A stretch of 64,000 nucleotides of DNA. Origin: Chiloscyllium plagiosum. Lineage: Eukaryota. The stretch lies in assembly GCF_004010195.1 (NCBI RefSeq), contig NC_057719.1, positions 33,255,520 to 33,319,519 on the forward strand, written 5' to 3'. The notes under the pieces were generated by a model. It ran no database searches. It saw only the letters and a list, made by a program, of their open reading frames with translations, and was not told the origin of the DNA. The position numbers were made by a program, and so were the translations under genes. Below are positions 1-12,733 of this stretch, piece by piece. Numbering within the stretch: position 1 is the stretch's first letter; each line of letters begins with the position of its first letter.

Positions 1-404
1 GAGAGGAAGTCGTACGAGGCTAGGTTGAGAGTTCTCGGCCTTTTCTCGTTGGAACGGCGAAGGATGAGGGGTGACTTGATAGAGGTTTATAAGATGATCA
101 GAGGAATAGGTAGAGTAGACAGTCAGAAACTTTTTCCCCGGGCACAACCGAGTGTTACAAGGGGACATAAATTTACGGTGAAGGGTGGAAGGTATAGGGG
201 AGATGTCAGGGGTGGGTTCTTTACCCAGAGAGTGGTGGGGGCATGGAATGCGCTGCCTGTGGGAGTGGTAGAGTCAGAATCATTGGTGACCTTTAAGCGG
301 CAATTGGATAGGTACATGGATGGGTGCTTAAGCTAGGACAAATGTTCGGCACAACATCGTGGGCCGAACGGCCTGTTCTGTGCTGTATTGTTCTATGTTC
401 TATG
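1..404 (+). mobile_element. CR1-clade (HER1-like) LINE 3' end
   Basis: ORF 25-336 LGLFSLERRRMRGDLIEVYKMIRG...FFTQRVVGAWNALP is the CR1 ORF2 C-terminus; 3' UTR ends in a (ttctatg)n tail. Confidence 0.9.
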
Positions 405-1019
405 TAACTGTTTGGTCTGTGAAGCTGCCTGTGCATGAACCTGAGCACTATGTTAGAGAGCATGGAGGAGTAAGTTGCAATCTGGGTGGGCATTCACACA
501 GGTTGTAGCAGGGCTTGTCATGCTACATTCTCAGTGCCCTGTTTCAACACCAAGCTGCTTACTAGAAAACTCGTTCATTGTTTTCTGTTTAAGCAATTTC
601 TCATTCTGTTCTGAGCTGCAAGTCAGAAAACACAGGCTGATTGAACCATAATGCAATCAGCTTTTTGTTTACCTCTGCTTCTTAGTTATTTATCAATATG
701 GCAATCTGAAATCACATAAGAGTTGCTTGGAACTTAGTGATGGTAAAATTAGGAAATCCAATACTTACATATCCATGGCCATTTTGGTCAGAAATGGACA
801 TTCACCATAAAAAACAAAAGGTGCAGGCTTTTCCCAGCATTTGGATTATTATAATGGCAAGATGGATGAAGTGGTATGGGATGGATGGAATGGCATTAGA
901 TGAAGATAATATGGGAAAACAGGAATGGCTTGGGAGGAAGGGATGAGATGATAGAATTGTTTAAGTGTAGCAAAAGGTGTCGAGAAATATTTGATAGAAT
1001 TTATTGTTTGAAAGTTATT

Positions 1020-2095
1020 CTTTGTGCTAGAAATGAAGATTCACTAGATTTATATAGAAACTTGTGGAAAAGTTGTCAAGTGTTTCAAAAGAATATTTCA
1101 GAGTTAATTCTACAGATGAAAATGATGTTAACAGCTTATACTCTTCTTTAGAACTCAAAAGAAGAGTTATATTTTCTAACCTCTTTCAGTTCTATGGAAG
1201 AGTCATTTTGATCTCAAAGTATTAACAGTGGTTCTCTCTCTACAGATTCTGCCAGACTGAGTTTCTCCAGCACTTTGTTTTAAATGGGTGTTTTAAATCT
1301 TTTTTTTAAAAAAAATAGATACAACAGTCAGAGCACAAGGTAATAAGGTGATTAGGCCTTGAATAAAATTGAGTCCATCATATATAAACCGATCTTTTCA
1401 ACTCAGGAGAAAACAAATTAGACTTACAGGTTAAAAACCGAGAGGACTGTGGATGCTGTAAATCAGGAATAAAAACAGAAATTGTTGGAAAAGCTCAGTA
1501 GGTCTGGCAGCATCTTTAGAAAGAAATCAGTGTCAATGTTTCAGATCGAGTGACCCTTCCTCAAAACTCGACCCAAAATTTCAACTCTGATTTTTCTCCA
1601 AATCATGGAGATCTACTGAGCTTTTCCAACAATTTCTGTTTTTATTCCTGATTTACAGCATCCACAGTTCTCTCGGTTTTTAATCTGTAAGTCTAATTTG
1701 GAATTGTTTTCTCCTGAGTTGACAAGATAGGTTTATATATGATGGACTCAATATTATTCAAGGCTTAATCACCTTATTTCCGTGTAATCTGACTGCTGTA
1801 TCTATCATTTAAAAAAAGATTTAAAACACCCATTTAAAACAAAGTGCTGGAGAAACTCAGTCTGGCGGAGTCTGTGGAGAGAGAAACACTTAATATTTCA
1901 AGTTGAAAATGGCTTTTCTGCAGAATTGAAAGAGGTTGGAAAATATAACTCTTCTTTTGAGTTCTGAAGAAGAGTATAAACTGTTAACATCATTTTCATC
2001 TGTAGAATTAACTCTGAAATATTCTTCTGAAACACCTAACAACTTTTCCACAAATTTCTATATAAATCTCGTGAATCTTCATTTCTAGCACAAAG
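1020..2095. repeat. Long inverted repeat (arms ~1020-1505 and ~1609-2095, spacer ~100 bp)
   Basis: ctttgtgctagaaatgaagattcac at 1020 is the reverse complement of gtgaatcttcatttctagcacaaag ending at 2095; the match continues inward along both arms with scattered mismatches. Confidence 0.95.
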
Positions 2096-2354
2096 TTTCA
2101 GACTTTCGGGTTCTGACTACAAACAAACTACAAGGCCAGTCCATTGACAAGATTTGCAATTATATTTCCAGGCCCTTTTTTTTTCAAACACATGACAGTC
2201 ATGTAGCTCTTGTCAGAGTGTGATGATTTGATACTACTTAACGTTTTGGTGAAAGAATAACTGGAAATTCCACATTTAAAATATTGTTGCAGTAAGGGTA
2301 TTAATTTGATCACAAGTGTTGTGCTGGTCTCTGTCAGTAATGAATAACAAACAA

Positions 2355-2478
2355 AAAACAAACAAACTGCAGATGCTGTAAATCAGAGACAAAAATAGAA
2401 ATTGCTGGAAAATTTCAGCTGGTCTGGCAGCATCTGTGGAGAGAAATTAGAGTGAACGTTTCAGGTTGAGTGACAGTC
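2355..2478 (-). mobile_element. Short Penelope pseudo-LTR-derived unit (family C), partial
   Basis: aactgcagatgctgtaaatcagag...gctggaaaatttcagctggtctggcagcatctgtggagagaa...gaacgtttcaggttgagtgac; same family as 1430-1680, 40553-40655, 53835-54050 and 56930-57110. Confidence 0.6.
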
Positions 2479-4944
2479 ACAACAAATAATTCCTTCAGGA
2501 ATTAAAAACCTCATGAGAAGAATGCTCCAATATGTCATCAAAAGAAATTAAAAATACGACTGAATAAAAGGATTTGGTTCATAACTTTTTCTTTAAAAAT
2601 TGCCAACTTGTATTAAGAGAAATTAAAAATTCAGGAAAGGGTGACCTAAACATTATTAAGCCGAGGGGAAATTGAGTGAATTAATTACCAAGAAATATAT
2701 CTAAAAAAGATTTTATCAGTATATAAAAGGCAAGTGATTAGCAAATGTGAATGTGGGCTTAAAGGCAGAGATAAAAGATATTAGCTCAGATTTTCCAATC
2801 AGCATTGGAACCATTATGTCCAACAATAATCAGATATAAAAGTAAACATTTATCGAGATCTGACATCCAGTAACTAGAAGAACTGCCTTCTTCCAGGAAT
2901 CCACACAGACAGCAACGAAGAGAATCAGCACAGAAGACATGTCACACCTTTTCTTATGGCACTAGCTGCCATGAAGTAAATTTAAATGTGCAGTGTGAAT
3001 GTTAACAACTGGAGAATAGATGAATGAGTGAATGGATAGCGTAGATGGGGTATATAAGTAAATGGAAAGGAAGGTTGGTGGATAAGTTGGTTCATGGTTA
3101 GGGTGGTCAGGTGGCATTTAGGTAGAACACCAGATGGGCAGGGTGCATGGAGGTGAGGGGGTTAGAGGGTGGGTTGAATGGGTGTGTGTACACGGTGGCA
3201 GGTATGCAGGTGGGCATGGGGTGGCGGATGGGTGGTGAGTGTGATCTATAAGGGAGTATTTGATAAGGGATAGTCCGTTCAGGTTCGAGGGTAGTCAGGT
3301 GAAGATGGCTGACCAGAATTACATACCAGGATTGGAGGCTGGGATTAGGGGAGAGCTGGGGTAGGCCTTAATGAATTGGGACCAGCACTGGAATTAAACA
3401 TAAGCTAAATAAGATACAGATTTGGGCATCACATTCATCATAGATTATAGGTTATGAGAGGTTTTGAAGCCTTAAATAATTATGTGAAACATAAAACAGA
3501 CGCAAGAAAAAATAATTTAAAGCTGAATTTTTTTTTGTTGTGATATGACAAAAATATACTTGCATTAATATTCAGCTACATAATTATTGTATCCTGCAGT
3601 CCTGTTTGTCTAATGAACATAATCAGAGAGCTTGGATTTACTTCCAGTCTCCAATAAAAAGGTGCAGTACTCAGACTGCCAGACTCCTGTGTCTCACAGT
3701 GATGAATGCAGGTCAAATACACCTCCATGGTGCTGACCCCTTCCCTTCACTTCTGACAGCCATGTGATCCATTTTGAAACTTTGATCATGAAATAAAATT
3801 GCCTTCTGTGGCTCTTTCAAGGCAGTATTACATATAAAAGGAGTGTTTGATGAAAGAGAACTCAAAGCAAAAGGAAACCTGCCTGATGTAGAGACAAGTG
3901 TGTGAATAAAAAAATAAAGGAATGAGAAAAAAATAAATAAATAGTGGTGAGGCACTGAATGCTGATGAAACGCCTTCTTCCAAGAGACAGATTTCAAATG
4001 ACATTCTTAATTCCTATGTTGGATACACTTGAAATCAACTTGAAGAAGCAGCAATCATATACAAAAATGTGACAAACAATTTTTCATTTTTGTTTGATTT
4101 AGATACTGTATATAAACAGCTACACAAACGTGTGAAGCTTCTGATGAAAAGTAACCCTGATGATGTGGATCTTAACCTTGTTGTAACGTACTGTCAAGCT
4201 TATATATAGGAAAAAGCATTCAGATAAAGGACATTTATGCCACCAAAACCTGTATGAAACCATCATCCAAGGTAAGACTCCATTGACTTTCCTGGATGTT
4301 CAAGCAAAATTGTAGTTCTTCTTGAGTCTGCTGGTAACAGTCTACCCAAGAGAAAGGTCATATTTTGCAGTTGGAAAACACCAAGAATGGATTTCAGTCA
4401 ACAATGCTGCAAACAAAAACTCACTGCTGTCAGCAATACGTGTAGAGAAAGTAATAAACTTTGTAGCTTATCATTTGATGACATCATCAGTGACATTGCT
4501 GTCCAAAAATCACAAAGAAAATGTTTTACATTTTATTTAGATGGTACTGTTGCTTTTATTGAGTAAGAGCTGATCTTTGTAATTTGCCTTGAGTAGTTGC
4601 AGATTAAAAGTTTTTATTTTGCTGATGAAGAAATCATAAAGCATTTCCATTTAAAGTATTTTATAATGCAGATGGACTTACTGCAAAATATGTCTTAAAA
4701 TGTTTTGGTTGTGTTGTTACTGATTAAATTTGAAAATATAAAGCTTTTCTACTTTCAGATTACTTACCCTGTTAGAATAATAATTTATTTTTGATAATAC
4801 TATGGATGCCTGAAACTTGACATAGCTGAGGGCCTCAGCATGTTATAGTCAGACTCTGGTCAGAAGGGGTAATTAGGTGGAGTTGAATGGGGGACATCAG
4901 TATGGATGACTGTTAGTTTGGGGTGATAGGGTTGGAGTGCAGGT

Positions 4945-5270
4945 TTAGATTAGATTCTCTACAATATGGAAATAGGCCCTTCAGTCCACACTGACCCGCC
5001 GAAGAGGAGTAACCCGCCCAAGACCTAGTTCCCTAACCTATATTTACCCCTGACTAATGCATCTAACACTATGGGCAATTTAGCATGGCCAATTCACCTG
5101 ACCTGCACATCTTTGGATTGTGTGAGGAAACCAGAGCACCTAGAGGAAACCCAAGTAGACACAGGGAGAATGTTCAAACTCCACACAGACAGTCGCCCAA
5201 GGTGGGAATCGAACCTGGGTCCCTGGCGCTGTGAGGCAGTAGTGCTAACCATTGAGCCACCATGCCACCC
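4945..5270 (-). mobile_element. HE1-type tRNA-derived V-SINE
   Basis: Reverse complement starts gggtggcatggtggctcaatggttagcactactgcctcacagcgcc (A box), has B box ggttcgattcc and central GTGGAGTTTG..TTCTCCC..GGTTTCCTC core, and ends in a CR1-like tail with (aatct)n. Confidence 0.9.
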
Positions 5271-5764
5271 ACTAGCGTGTGGGTTGTTGTTGAGGAATCA
5301 GTTGTATAGGAATTCAGGAGTTAGATTAGGAATTTTCCGTTTCAGATTTCATGGGTAACTAACCAGGTAAGTCAGTCAGAACTCTTTAACTCCATCTCAT
5401 TTAGAAACCTTTCCACATGTATCAAGAAGCAGGAAAATTATCCATTAAAAGTTCAAATTTCCTAAGCAACTCCCAAGGAGTCTAACTATTGGCACTTCTG
5501 GAATTTTGGCCAAAGTAATTGGGAATAAGGAAATGAATAGAAATTACATGGATCTGTTCTGTATTTGTTCTCAGAGTGGAAGATAAAGCTGTGTCTATTT
5601 GAAGATGTCTCAATGACTTAGATGTGTCCAGTATATCTAAGTTTGCTGATGGTTTGAAATAAGGTGAGAAAGTAGGCAGTTGACAAGGGCGCAGAGTCTA
5701 CAAAAGGATATAGACTGATTAATTGCAAGTGTAAGAATGTGCCAAATGGAATATAATGTGGAGA

Positions 5765-6078
5765 ACGGCACAATGGCTCAGTGGTTAGCACTGCTGCCTC
5801 ATAGTACCAGGGTCCCAGGCTTGATTCCAGCCTTGGCCAACTGTCTGTGTGGAGTATGCACATTCTCCCAGTGTCTGCACGAGTTTCCTCCGGGCGCTCT
5901 GGTTTCCTCCCACAGTCCAAAGATGTGCAGGTCAGGTGAACTGGCCATGCTAAATTGCCCATCGTATTAGGTACATTAGTGAGAGGGAAATGGGACTGGG
6001 TAGGTTATTCTTCGGAGGGTTGGTGTGGACTTGTTGGGCCGAAGGGCCTGTTTCCAAACTGTAGGAAATCTAATCTAA
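5765..6078 (+). mobile_element. HE1-type V-SINE inserted in an old CR1 fragment
   Basis: ggcacaatggctcagtggttagcactgctgcctca...gggccgaagggcctgtttcc...aatctaatcta; the flanks (aagtttgctgatg, gccaaatggaatataatgtg | tgtgaacctattcac) are decayed CR1 RT sequence. Confidence 0.9.
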
Positions 6079-6861
6079 ACTGTGAACCTATTCACATTGT
6101 CAGGAAAATAGAGAAGATTTTCTTCAAACGTGGATAATTGGGAAATATTAGTGTTCAGAAGACCTATAGATCTTCTTACAGAAATCAAAGAAAATTAACA
6201 GGCAGATGCAACAATCAGTTCGGAAAGCAAATAGCACATGAGCCTTTCAAAATTTACACTGAAGCATCAACGTAGATAAGTCACACTCCAATTATATAGA
6301 TCCTTAGTGAGGCTGTTCCTGGAATATGGTGCACAGTTTTGGTTCATTCCTGCAGGAAGGATATGTTGTGAAATTGACCGTAAGGAATGTGAACAGGAGA
6401 AGGCTGTTTGGCCCCTCCAACCTGCTTTGCCATCCAATAGGATCATAGCTGATCCGACATCCCTCACATCCACTTTCCTGCCTTTTCCTTGTAACCCTTT
6501 GATTCTTAAAGAGTGAAAGAATTATCTATCTCAGCACTGCATGTATCTATAATCACACAAAAAATGAGTTGAATCCATTCATCATCTCACAAGTTGATAC
6601 CTCTGATAAGCGCGACACAATGGCAACATCTAAGGCGATCCTTCATCTTAAAGTTGATGCACTGCATCTTTTGAAACATAACTCCATATAAAGGACAAAC
6701 TCAAAATGGAATTCAATACAATTGAATACAACAATATTATCCGTTAGGGTTATACATCATGCCTTTTGGACCTCACTTGTGTGCTGAACAAAAGAGATCT
6801 ACATCAAATCCATACTCTGGATGGGGCTAAATCCAGACAATACTAACAATGAACCATTAAA

Positions 6862-7072
6862 TAGAGTCATAGAGATGTACAGCATGGAAACAGATCCTTC
6901 GGTCCAACCCATCCATGCCGACCAGGTATCCTAACCCAACCTAGTCCCATCTGCCAGCACTTAGCCCATATCCCTCCAAACCCTTCCTATTGGTATACCT
7001 ATCCAAATGCCTTTTAAATGTTACAATTGTCCCAGCCTCCACCACTTCCTTTGGCAGCTCATTCCATACATG
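6862..7072 (-). mobile_element. CR1 LINE 3' tail fragment
   Basis: Reverse complement of the CR1 3' UTR seen at 34840-35046 (ggttggaccgaaggatctgtttccatgctgtacatctctatgactcta). Confidence 0.85.
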
Positions 7073-7237
7073 TATTTAATCCACATTGGTCATAACTAGC
7101 AGGACAAATTCACAATATACCACATCGGATGATGACCAGGTACACAGCTAAAACATATCATCATTAGTGCATGGTCTGAACGCATCAAGTAGTTTCTTGG
7201 ACAAGAATGTTCCTTTTGGTCTTACTGATATTGACTC

Positions 7238-7412
7238 GGAGAAAATGAGGACTGAAGATGCTGGAGATCAGAATCAAAAAGTGTGGCACTGGAAAAGCAC
7301 AGCTGGTCAGGCAGCAACTGAGGAGAAAGAGAGTTGATGTTTGCAGCATAAACTCTTCATCAGGAAAGTTACTGATGAAGAGCACATACTCAAAACATTG
7401 ACTCTCTTGGCC
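7238..7412. mobile_element. Palindromic Penelope pLTR derivative (family A) with back-to-back decayed hammerhead motifs
   Basis: ggagaaaatgaggactgaagatgctggagatcag...gagttgatgtttgcagcataaactcttcatcagg / ctgatgaagagcacatactcaaaacattgactctc. Confidence 0.7.
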
Positions 7413-8613
7413 TATCAAGAAATGTTATTTCCAAAAACAGGCAAGTGTTGATATTAATAATTGTGCATCAAGATATATTGAAGCATCTTCACAATGATTA
7501 GAAGTGCTGAAAAAACCAAAAGGGTAAGATGCAAACATGACCATTGTCCTAACAACAAGAAAGACATTGATTGATACAATCATGTGAGACATATCAACTT
7601 CATCGATCCCAGCAATGTAAAGAATCACTTACACACAACATAATTCCCTCTAATTTACGGTCGAAGATTGCTACAAACCTATTTCAAGTCCATAGTAAAG
7701 ATTATATATTGGTGCCAAATTACTTTACAAAATTTCCTTCCAGGCAAATCAAGGATACTACCAGGACCATGGTCATGAACAGATTAATTTCTATCTTCAG
7801 TATGTTTGGTATTTCCAGCAGATTATGTCCTCAATGGTCCTCAGGCCATTGACAAGCTATTCCAAGATCATGCAGGAAATGGGGAGTCCAGCATATCACC
7901 TTCTTCCGGCATTTATCCACATTACAACTGTCTGGCAGAGCATATTGCAATTACAATATAAGTCAACATGTCAAGACCTCTGAATTGCCATGATAAACTT
8001 CTCAGCAACACTCAAAACAAAGAATCCATCCTCACTTACAATGCATAGGCTTGTACGATTACCATATTATCCTTCCATCTCATATGTTTCCTACCTAACT
8101 AGTTGAATATAATTCCTTTTTGGGAAGAATAGAGAGAAAACAGAGCAAGAACACCTTTGAAGAATATATAGACAATTATGTTAGCTTCACCCAGGTCAAA
8201 GCGTAAAGGTGCGAGACAATAACACAGAGTTTTGAGAACATATACTCAACCCAGATCAAACTATGTTGCTATGAGCAATGGTCATGTTCCATGATGAAAC
8301 ATTACATATGATAATCCACAGATATTCTCAAATGATCAGACAGGCACTGAAAGCATTGTATTAGAATGATGTGATAACTTATCAACACTGACCAGTCCAC
8401 ATTAATTTATAATTGCAAACAATAGATAACTGCATAACTTCGTAAAACCACATCCTCAGAATTGTAAAAAGAACTTGATTTAATTGGACTATACATCATC
8501 AAAATATCTCAATTTGAAAAGATAATGTGTGTAAATGCATCTGTTATTTTTGAAATATATTCTTGTTCATGTTTCTCATGGGAGAAATCCTATTCCTGGA
8601 AGGTAAAGAAAGA

Positions 8614-8918
8614 ATGTTGTGATATCGCTTGTATTTATGATCAGACAAGCACACACATTTTTCAAGAGGATTAAATATTGACATTAGTGTGACATGTCAT
8701 GTGATATTATTGGGTAAAGGTATTACTTTCTTCTTGAGTAGTTACTGCTACACGTTGTAATCAATCAATCAGGAAGGCTAGTTAGCCAACCAGTTTGAGC
8801 CCAGAATGTCTGTGATCGAGTTGGATTCAATTTAGATGCTCTATGAATAAATATTCTGATACTTGTTCTGAGTAAGAAGCCAATCTCGGTGTTTATATTA
8901 CCAGAGTTAGTATCATCA
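8614..8918 (+). mobile_element. Candidate 3' LTR of the decayed Gypsy element
   Basis: Purine-rich tract (ggaaggtaaagaaagaa) followed by tgttgtgata...; contains aataaa (~8846); ends near tatcatca, downstream of the integrase remnants. Confidence 0.4.
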
Positions 8919-9083
8919 CCGCAGAGGGCACGTCAGGCTGTATTCATCCGAGAAGAAATGCACCAAATATTCATCAAGCTGATTCCACTAGCAATGAAGT
9001 GGACATAATTGCTTGAACAGACTGAGTAGTCTAGAATAATGTTGCATTGAGTTTAGAAGAATGAGCGATATCTCATTGAAATG

Positions 9084-9701
9084 CAGAGAAACCTCGATTA
9101 TCCGAATATCAATTATCCAAATATCAGATTATCCGAAGAAGATCCCGAGATCCTGATAGAAACATTACGTCAAAGAACTGTTTCAACCCTAATTGTGTCT
9201 TTTGTTTACAGGGACAATGACTGAAAACAAACTCAGCTCACTGCTGTCAAGAACAGTCCTGTACAGTCCAGGCACTGTCTTCAAATTACTGACCTCCCAC
9301 CCTCTCTCTCCCCCCACCCTTTTCCTAGAGCTCTACACAGGGATGTACCCTGAACCTCCCTTCCCCAGATAATCTCACCAACATTGTCCTGTAAAGGGGA
9401 ACAGGTGGGGGTGTGGTGGGGCAGTCGGGGTTTGGGGGGTGGACGNNNNNNNNNNNNNNNNNNNNNNNNNNNNNNNNNNNNNNNNNNNNNNNNNNNNNNN
9501 NNNNNNNNNNNNNNNNNNNNNNNNNNNNNNNNNNNNNNNNNNNNNNNNNNNNNNNNNNNNNNNNNNNNNNNNNNNNNNNNNNNNNNNNNNNNNNNNNNNN
9601 NNNNNNNNNNNNNNNNNNNNNNNNNNNNNNNNNNNNNNNNNNNNNNNNNNNNNNNNNNNNNNNNNNNNNNNNNNNNNNNNNNNNNNNNNNNNNNNNNNNG
9701 T

Positions 9702-9740
<39 letters not shown>

Positions 9741-9980
9741 GGGGGGGGGGGGGGTCAGGGTTTGGAGGGCGGGCAGGGTGAGGGCGGATGGGGTTGGGGG
9801 GCGGATGGGGTTGTAGGCAGGCAGGGGAGCGCGGCTCATGCGTGGTGTGCTGCTGCCTAGTCTCCTGAACAGGGAGCAGACGTCACAGAAATCTCCGAGC
9901 CCCAGAGGAAATCAATTAACCGAATAATCAATTACCCAAACGAAATAGTGCCCGCCCATTTCGTTCAGATAATTCCTCTG
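9084..9980. mobile_element. Non-autonomous Tc1/mariner (Tigger/pogo-like) DNA transposon spanning an assembly gap
   Basis: Left end cagagaaacctcgattatccgaa with repeated subterminal attatccgaa motifs; right end ttcagataattcctctg|ta. It splits a CR1 remnant (ctcattgaaatg|...|tatagacc, a DLIEMY-like motif). Confidence 0.65.
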
Positions 9981-10211
9981 TATAGACCTCTTACGGAGTC
10001 TGAAAGGGTGGGTGCTGAGGATGTTGGTCTTGGCTGGGGATATAGAACTATACAGAGTCATGTGATAAGACATCGACTTTTTAGGAGTTCAGACAAAGCA
10101 AAGGTTCTGTGCTCAGTTCTTTGTGAATCTTTTGAATATTCTATCCCAAGGAGCCGTGGATGTTCAGTCATTCAATATATTCAAGAAAGAGAGTAATGGG
10201 GTTTTTGACAC

Positions 10212-11312
10212 TAGATCACATGGGATTCAGGGTGAGCTTGCCAATTGGATTCAAAATTGGCTTTACAGAGAAGAGACAGAGGATGGTGGTGGAGGCTTGT
10301 TTTTGGGCTGGAGGACTTTGACTAGCGATGCTCCACAGGGATTTGTCCTGGTCCTGGTCCATTTTTGTTTGTCATTTATATAAATGATTTGGATGAGAAT
10401 AAAGGAAGCATGGTTAGTAAGTTTGCAGATGACACCCAAACTCATGGTATAGTGGACAGTGAAGAAGAGATCTTGATCAATTGTGTCAATGGGCTGAGGA
10501 GTGAAAGATGGAGTTTAATTTGAATAAATACAAGGTATTGCATTTTGGTAAAACAAACAAGGGCAGGACTTATAAAATTAATGGTAGGGCCCTGGGTGGT
10601 GTTGTAGAAGAGACAGACAAATGGGTTCAGGTACATGAGTTTTTGAAATTTGTGATACAGGTAGAGTGGTTAGGAAGGTGTTTAGCCTTTGTTGCTCAAA
10701 ACTTTGAGTATTGGAGATGGGACGTCATGTTGAGGTTGATTAAGAGGTTGGTGAAGCCTCTCGGAGTATTGTGTACAGTTCTGGTCTCTCTGTTACAGGA
10801 AGGATATTATTAAACTGGAGAGAGCGTTCAGGAAAGGTTTACCATGATGTTGCCTGGAATGGAGGATTTGAGTTATAAGGAGAAGCTGGATAAGTTCAGA
10901 TTTATTCCACTAGAGCATAGGAGGTTGAGTGGAGACCTTATAGAGGTTAATAAAATCATAAGGGGCATAGATAAGGTGAATGTCAAGGGTCTTTTCCCTA
11001 AGCTAAGGGAATTTCAAACTGGGTGGGGGCATATATTAAAGGTGGGAGGAGAAAGATTTAAAAAGGACAGGACAGGCAACTTTTTTTACACAGAGAATGG
11101 TTAGTGTGTGGAATGAACTGTCAGAGAAATGGTGGATGCAGGTACAGTTCCAACATGTAAAAGGCATTTGGATAAGCACACGAATAGGAATGGTTTGGAG
11201 AGATAATGGGCCAAATGCTGGCAGGTGGGCCTGGTTTAGTATGGGAACATGGTCGGCGTGGACTGGTTGGACCAAAGGGTCTGTTTCCATGCTGTATGAC
11301 ACTATGACCCTA
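10212..11312 (+). mobile_element. 5'-truncated CR1 LINE (RT C-terminal half plus 3' UTR), frameshifted
   Basis: Peptides HGIQGELANWIQNWL, aagtttgcagatgac (KFADD), MEFNLNKYKVLHFG, RRLSGDLIEVNKIIRG; tail ctgtttccatgctgtatgacactatgac. Confidence 0.9.
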
Positions 11313-11439
11313 TAAGTGATGAGATGTCATATTAATTGGGAATAATTGAGACCGGGATCTCAAAAACAAGTTTTTACAGTCAGCAGAATCACCAGCATCT
11401 GAATATGATTGGCATTTAACTATGAAAGGAGAAAGGGTA

Positions 11440-12097
11440 CTGAAAGAGTGGATTTGGAATTGAGAAATTCAAATTGAACTTCACGCTCAGAACTGATAGT
11501 TACTTAATCTGTGATGATCTGAATATCACTGGCCTTTTCAAGTGGAAGGAAAGATGTGTATTCGGTCTGTGGACAAATATTTCAAATATCAGTGTGACTC
11601 GAAAACGTACTGAGATACACAAAAGTCCATGTTAGTGTGGTGACTGGAGAGAGATTTCATTGTTTTTGAAAGTCTAAAAAAACATGGCACATTTCCCAGG
11701 AACAATTAAGCCACAGATTTGTTTTGTATGAGGACAAGTCTTCAATTAATCATGCAACCAGAAAGACACAAGGATACCTGCCCCATGGAAACATTATGAA
11801 AACGGAATTGTTGTAAAGGAGTTAATTATCGATCATGGCTTGTAATCCACTGGTGTTGTCGCATCAGTTCCAGTGCTGATGAGAAATGCAGGAAATGTGA
11901 TGAATGCAGTGTAGGTTTCAGTTATCCGTAGTAACTGGAAATCCATCCAAACAATCCTGTTTGCCTCAGCACCATGGAGAAACCGTGGAAATATGAGGAT
12001 TGTGAGAAAGAATACTATTATCCATTCCAGCTGGAAATCTTTAGCAGTCATACTAGGGAGAGACCATTCACCTGCTCCATATATGGGAAGGGATTTT
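11440..12097 (+). pseudogene. Decayed C2H2 (Kruppel-type) zinc-finger gene fragment
   Basis: ORF 11974 MEKPWKYEDCEKEYYYPFQLEIFSSHTRERPFTCSIYGKGF retains the H-TGERPF-C linker pattern with lost Cys/His; two further degenerate finger repeats at ~11784-11870 and ~11880-11950. Confidence 0.75.
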
Positions 12098-12376
12098 GTC
12101 TCCTTTTTTTAAACATATTTGTTGTTTTCCGATCTGCTGGAACTGCCCCAGAATCTAGAAAATTTTGGAAAATTATCTCAAGTAAAAGGAAGGAGGTATG
12201 ACTCAGGTACAGGCAGTTGAGATCAAGGGAACCCCTGGAGATATAAAGGGGATACAGGAGCTTACTGAAGGAGGTGGTCAGGAGTCTGAAAAGGGGGAAC
12301 AAGACAGCATTGGTTAAAAAGATTAGAGTGAATTCAAAAAGATAAAGGAAAAAGAAAAACCAGAGAGTAGGATCAA

Positions 12377-12733
12377 GGGCAGCATGGTGGCTCAGTGGCT
12401 AGCACTGTTGCCTCCAGAGACCTGGTTTCGATTCCAGCCTCGGGCGACTGTCAGTGTAGAGTTTGTACATTCTCCCTAAGTCTGTGTGGGTTTCCTCTGG
12501 GTGCACTGGTTTCTTCTCACAATCCAAAATTGCACAAAGTAGGTAAATTGTCCATGCTGAATTGCTCATAGTGTTCAGGGATGTGTAGGTTAGGTGCATT
12601 AATCAGGGGTAAATATTGGAAAATGGGTTGGGGGAAGAAAATGGGCCTGGGTGGGTTACTCTTCAGAGAGTCGGTGTGGACTTGTTGGGCTGAAGGGCCT
12701 GTTTCCACACGATAGGGATTCTAAGATTCTATG
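12377..12733 (+). mobile_element. HE1-type V-SINE
   Basis: gggcagcatggtggctcagtggctagcactgttgcctc...ggacttgttgggctgaagggcctgtttccacac...attctaagattctatg. Confidence 0.9.

Larger units (their letters stand above)
6540..8100 (+). mobile_element. Highly decayed Ty3/Gypsy LTR-retrotransposon pol (RT and integrase remnants), interrupted by younger insertions
   Basis: Integrase-like peptides IQSCETYQ, KIATNLFQVHSKDYILVPNYFTKFP and ISIFSMFGI (ORF 7571-7852), then aatggtcctca (NGPQ-like) and ctggcagag (LAE). RT-like atgccttttgga (MPFG) near 6758. Confidence 0.7.

Noticed and set aside
2990..3365. G/purine-rich tracts (also 4860-4945, 55340-55580)
   Set aside because: Probably internal parts of old repeats; no family, termini or periodicity could be established by eye.
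5765..5840. tRNA-like A/B boxes at SINE heads
   Set aside because: These are SINE heads continuing into the V-domain and LINE tail, not tRNA genes.
9375..9860. Pro/Gly-rich ORFs and the long poly-G run next to the N gap
   Set aside because: The ORFs are artefacts of Ns and a homopolymer; poly-G at a gap edge is probably a sequencing or assembly artefact, so no G-quadruplex claim is made.
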